Source: an uncultured Phycisphaerales bacterium
GTDB lineage: Bacteria > Planctomycetota > Phycisphaerae > WQYP01
Length of the DNA stretch: 64,000 nucleotides
Assembly (NCBI GenBank): GCA_903845195.1
Contig: CAIMWO010000077.1
Span: 8,230 to 72,229, forward strand
Reading direction: 5' to 3'
Part shown: in pieces, positions 63,100 through 64,000 of the stretch
How positions within the stretch are numbered: position 1 is the first letter of the stretch
Layout of the letters: the number at the start of each line of letters is the position of its first letter
The notes under the pieces: model-generated
The model's database searches: none
Told to the model about the DNA's origin: nothing
What the model saw: only the letters and a program-made list of their open reading frames with translations
Position numbers and translations under genes: made by a program

Positions 63100-63305
63100 T
63101 GCGTGAACACCCGCCCGTGGGTAATGCGGCTATCGAGGATCTTCTGGATGATCTCTCCGGCCAAGCTGAATAATTCAGAGCACATTTCGAGACGTGTGTG
63201 GAAGAGGTCGCCGGGATTGAATTGGCCTGCAATAATCTGTTTGCGAAGGTGAGCCACCACCCTTACCGCCGTTTCGGTAGAGAGGGTCGGTGGATTTCCC
63301 TTCAC
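63100..63305 (-). pseudogene. Truncated paralog of the GntR-type HTH region of the regulator at 60776..61879 (5' gene fragment)
   Basis: MKGNPPTLSTETAVRVVAHLRKQIIAGQFNPGDLFHTRLEMCSELFSLAGEIIQKI aligns with the N-terminus of the full-length regulator and then diverges. The track ORF reads through the terminator hairpin. Confidence 0.6.
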
Positions 63306-63733
63306 TGAGCCATGATGTTATTAGCCATGATTCTATCGTGACGACAAATCTTACGTTACATTAGTTAATTCAATAAATATAGCACATTTCGGAATTATTT
63401 AAAAAAATACATTGCATTCGTTTTTTCCTGTGGTAATCTCTTAATAAGAGCCCAGCAAGGGTTTTGGCAATTCAAATGCCCTTTTGGCCACTGCGAGTGG
63501 TTCGAAGGGGTTCCCAACGAGAGTAGAGAGAGCGAGCGCACGAGAAAATCGTAATTGGTTTTCTCACGCGTGTCACTTGCGAATGGATCGGTTGTTCACG
63601 ATCGGTCCATGAACCTAACCGAGGGCAGACCGTACGGCTTGTGGTCGTGCGCGCAGTCGCTGCAAATGCTCCGCCACGACAACGGGTCGTGCGGTAAGGT
63701 AAGGAACGGCTCTTTCAAAAAGGCGAGAGAATT

Positions 63734-64000
63734 ATGAGTATCGCGCGGAACTATCTATTGGCGTTGGCGGCGTTGAGTGTGGTCGGAGTGACGGCGGCGG
63801 CGCAAGCGGCGACCATGACATGGACGAATGGCACCTTCAGCAACACGTCTATCTTGCCGACATCCAATGTGGTGTATGCCGTGGATACGGGCGGCGGCGG
63901 CGGGGTTACGGTGACTGCCGCAGGCATCGATTGGTACTCTCACCAAAAGTACGATACCTACAATGATGGTGCTGTCGCGGGCTATGATGACTGGGATCGT
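63734..64000 (+). CDS. PEP-CTERM protein paralog (N-terminal part only; continues beyond the window)
   Basis: MSIARNYLLALAALSVVGVTAAAQAATMTWTNGTFSNTSILPTSNVVYAVDTGG... is ~75% identical to the N-terminus of the 62292 gene and is preceded by the same conserved leader. Confidence 0.7.
   Translation, partial: MSIARNYLLALAALSVVGVTAAAQAATMTWTNGTFSNTSILPTSNVVYAVDTGGGGGVTVTAAGIDWYSHQKYDTYNDGAVAGYDDWDR

Overview
This 64-kb window is high-GC chromosomal DNA from a bacterium that encodes many PEP-CTERM (exosortase-sorted) proteins. That is consistent with a Planctomycetota/Verrucomicrobiota-like (PVC) or similar lineage, but the phylum is an inference only. Clearly recognisable content: a 5'-truncated class I aminotransferase; two tandem PilT-family ATPases, the first with an unusual N-terminal extension; a MATE exporter; tmRNA (ssrA); tRNA-Lys(UUU), tRNA-Pro(GGG) and tRNA-Ala(UGC); a sulfate-activation trio (cysC, a PHP-family phosphoesterase, and an APS-reductase-type cysH); an HD-GYP protein; a cluster of PEP-CTERM proteins with a GT2 glycosyltransferase and a kinase-like phosphotransferase; rpoB-rpoC without the usual flanking ribosomal-protein genes; a HicB/HicA pair; an activated-methyl-cycle locus (SahR-like ArsR-methyltransferase regulator, HAD nucleotidase, ahcY, divergent from manA-rluB-metH); glycoside hydrolases; trpB; uspA; priA; dgkA; and a GntR/sugar-binding hybrid regulator next to tandemly duplicated PEP-CTERM genes. 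Unusual observations: in-frame GAATTCA-type heptanucleotide microsatellites inside manA and metH, plus further heptamer and octamer arrays in intergenic DNA; a duplicated ahcY 3'-end fragment flanking a 1.3-kb segment; a five-copy REP-like palindrome array in a G-tract-rich 1.3-kb non-coding region; a conserved ~220-nt leader before duplicated PEP-CTERM genes; recurrent (GA)n tracts in PEP-CTERM gene leaders; a 39-codon hydrophobic small ORF with a perfect Shine-Dalgarno; and a lower-GC segment downstream of tRNA-Lys. No CRISPR array, integrase or transposase was recognised. The long ORFs antisense to real genes (for example 15353..18952 on the minus strand) are GC-rich reading-frame artefacts.
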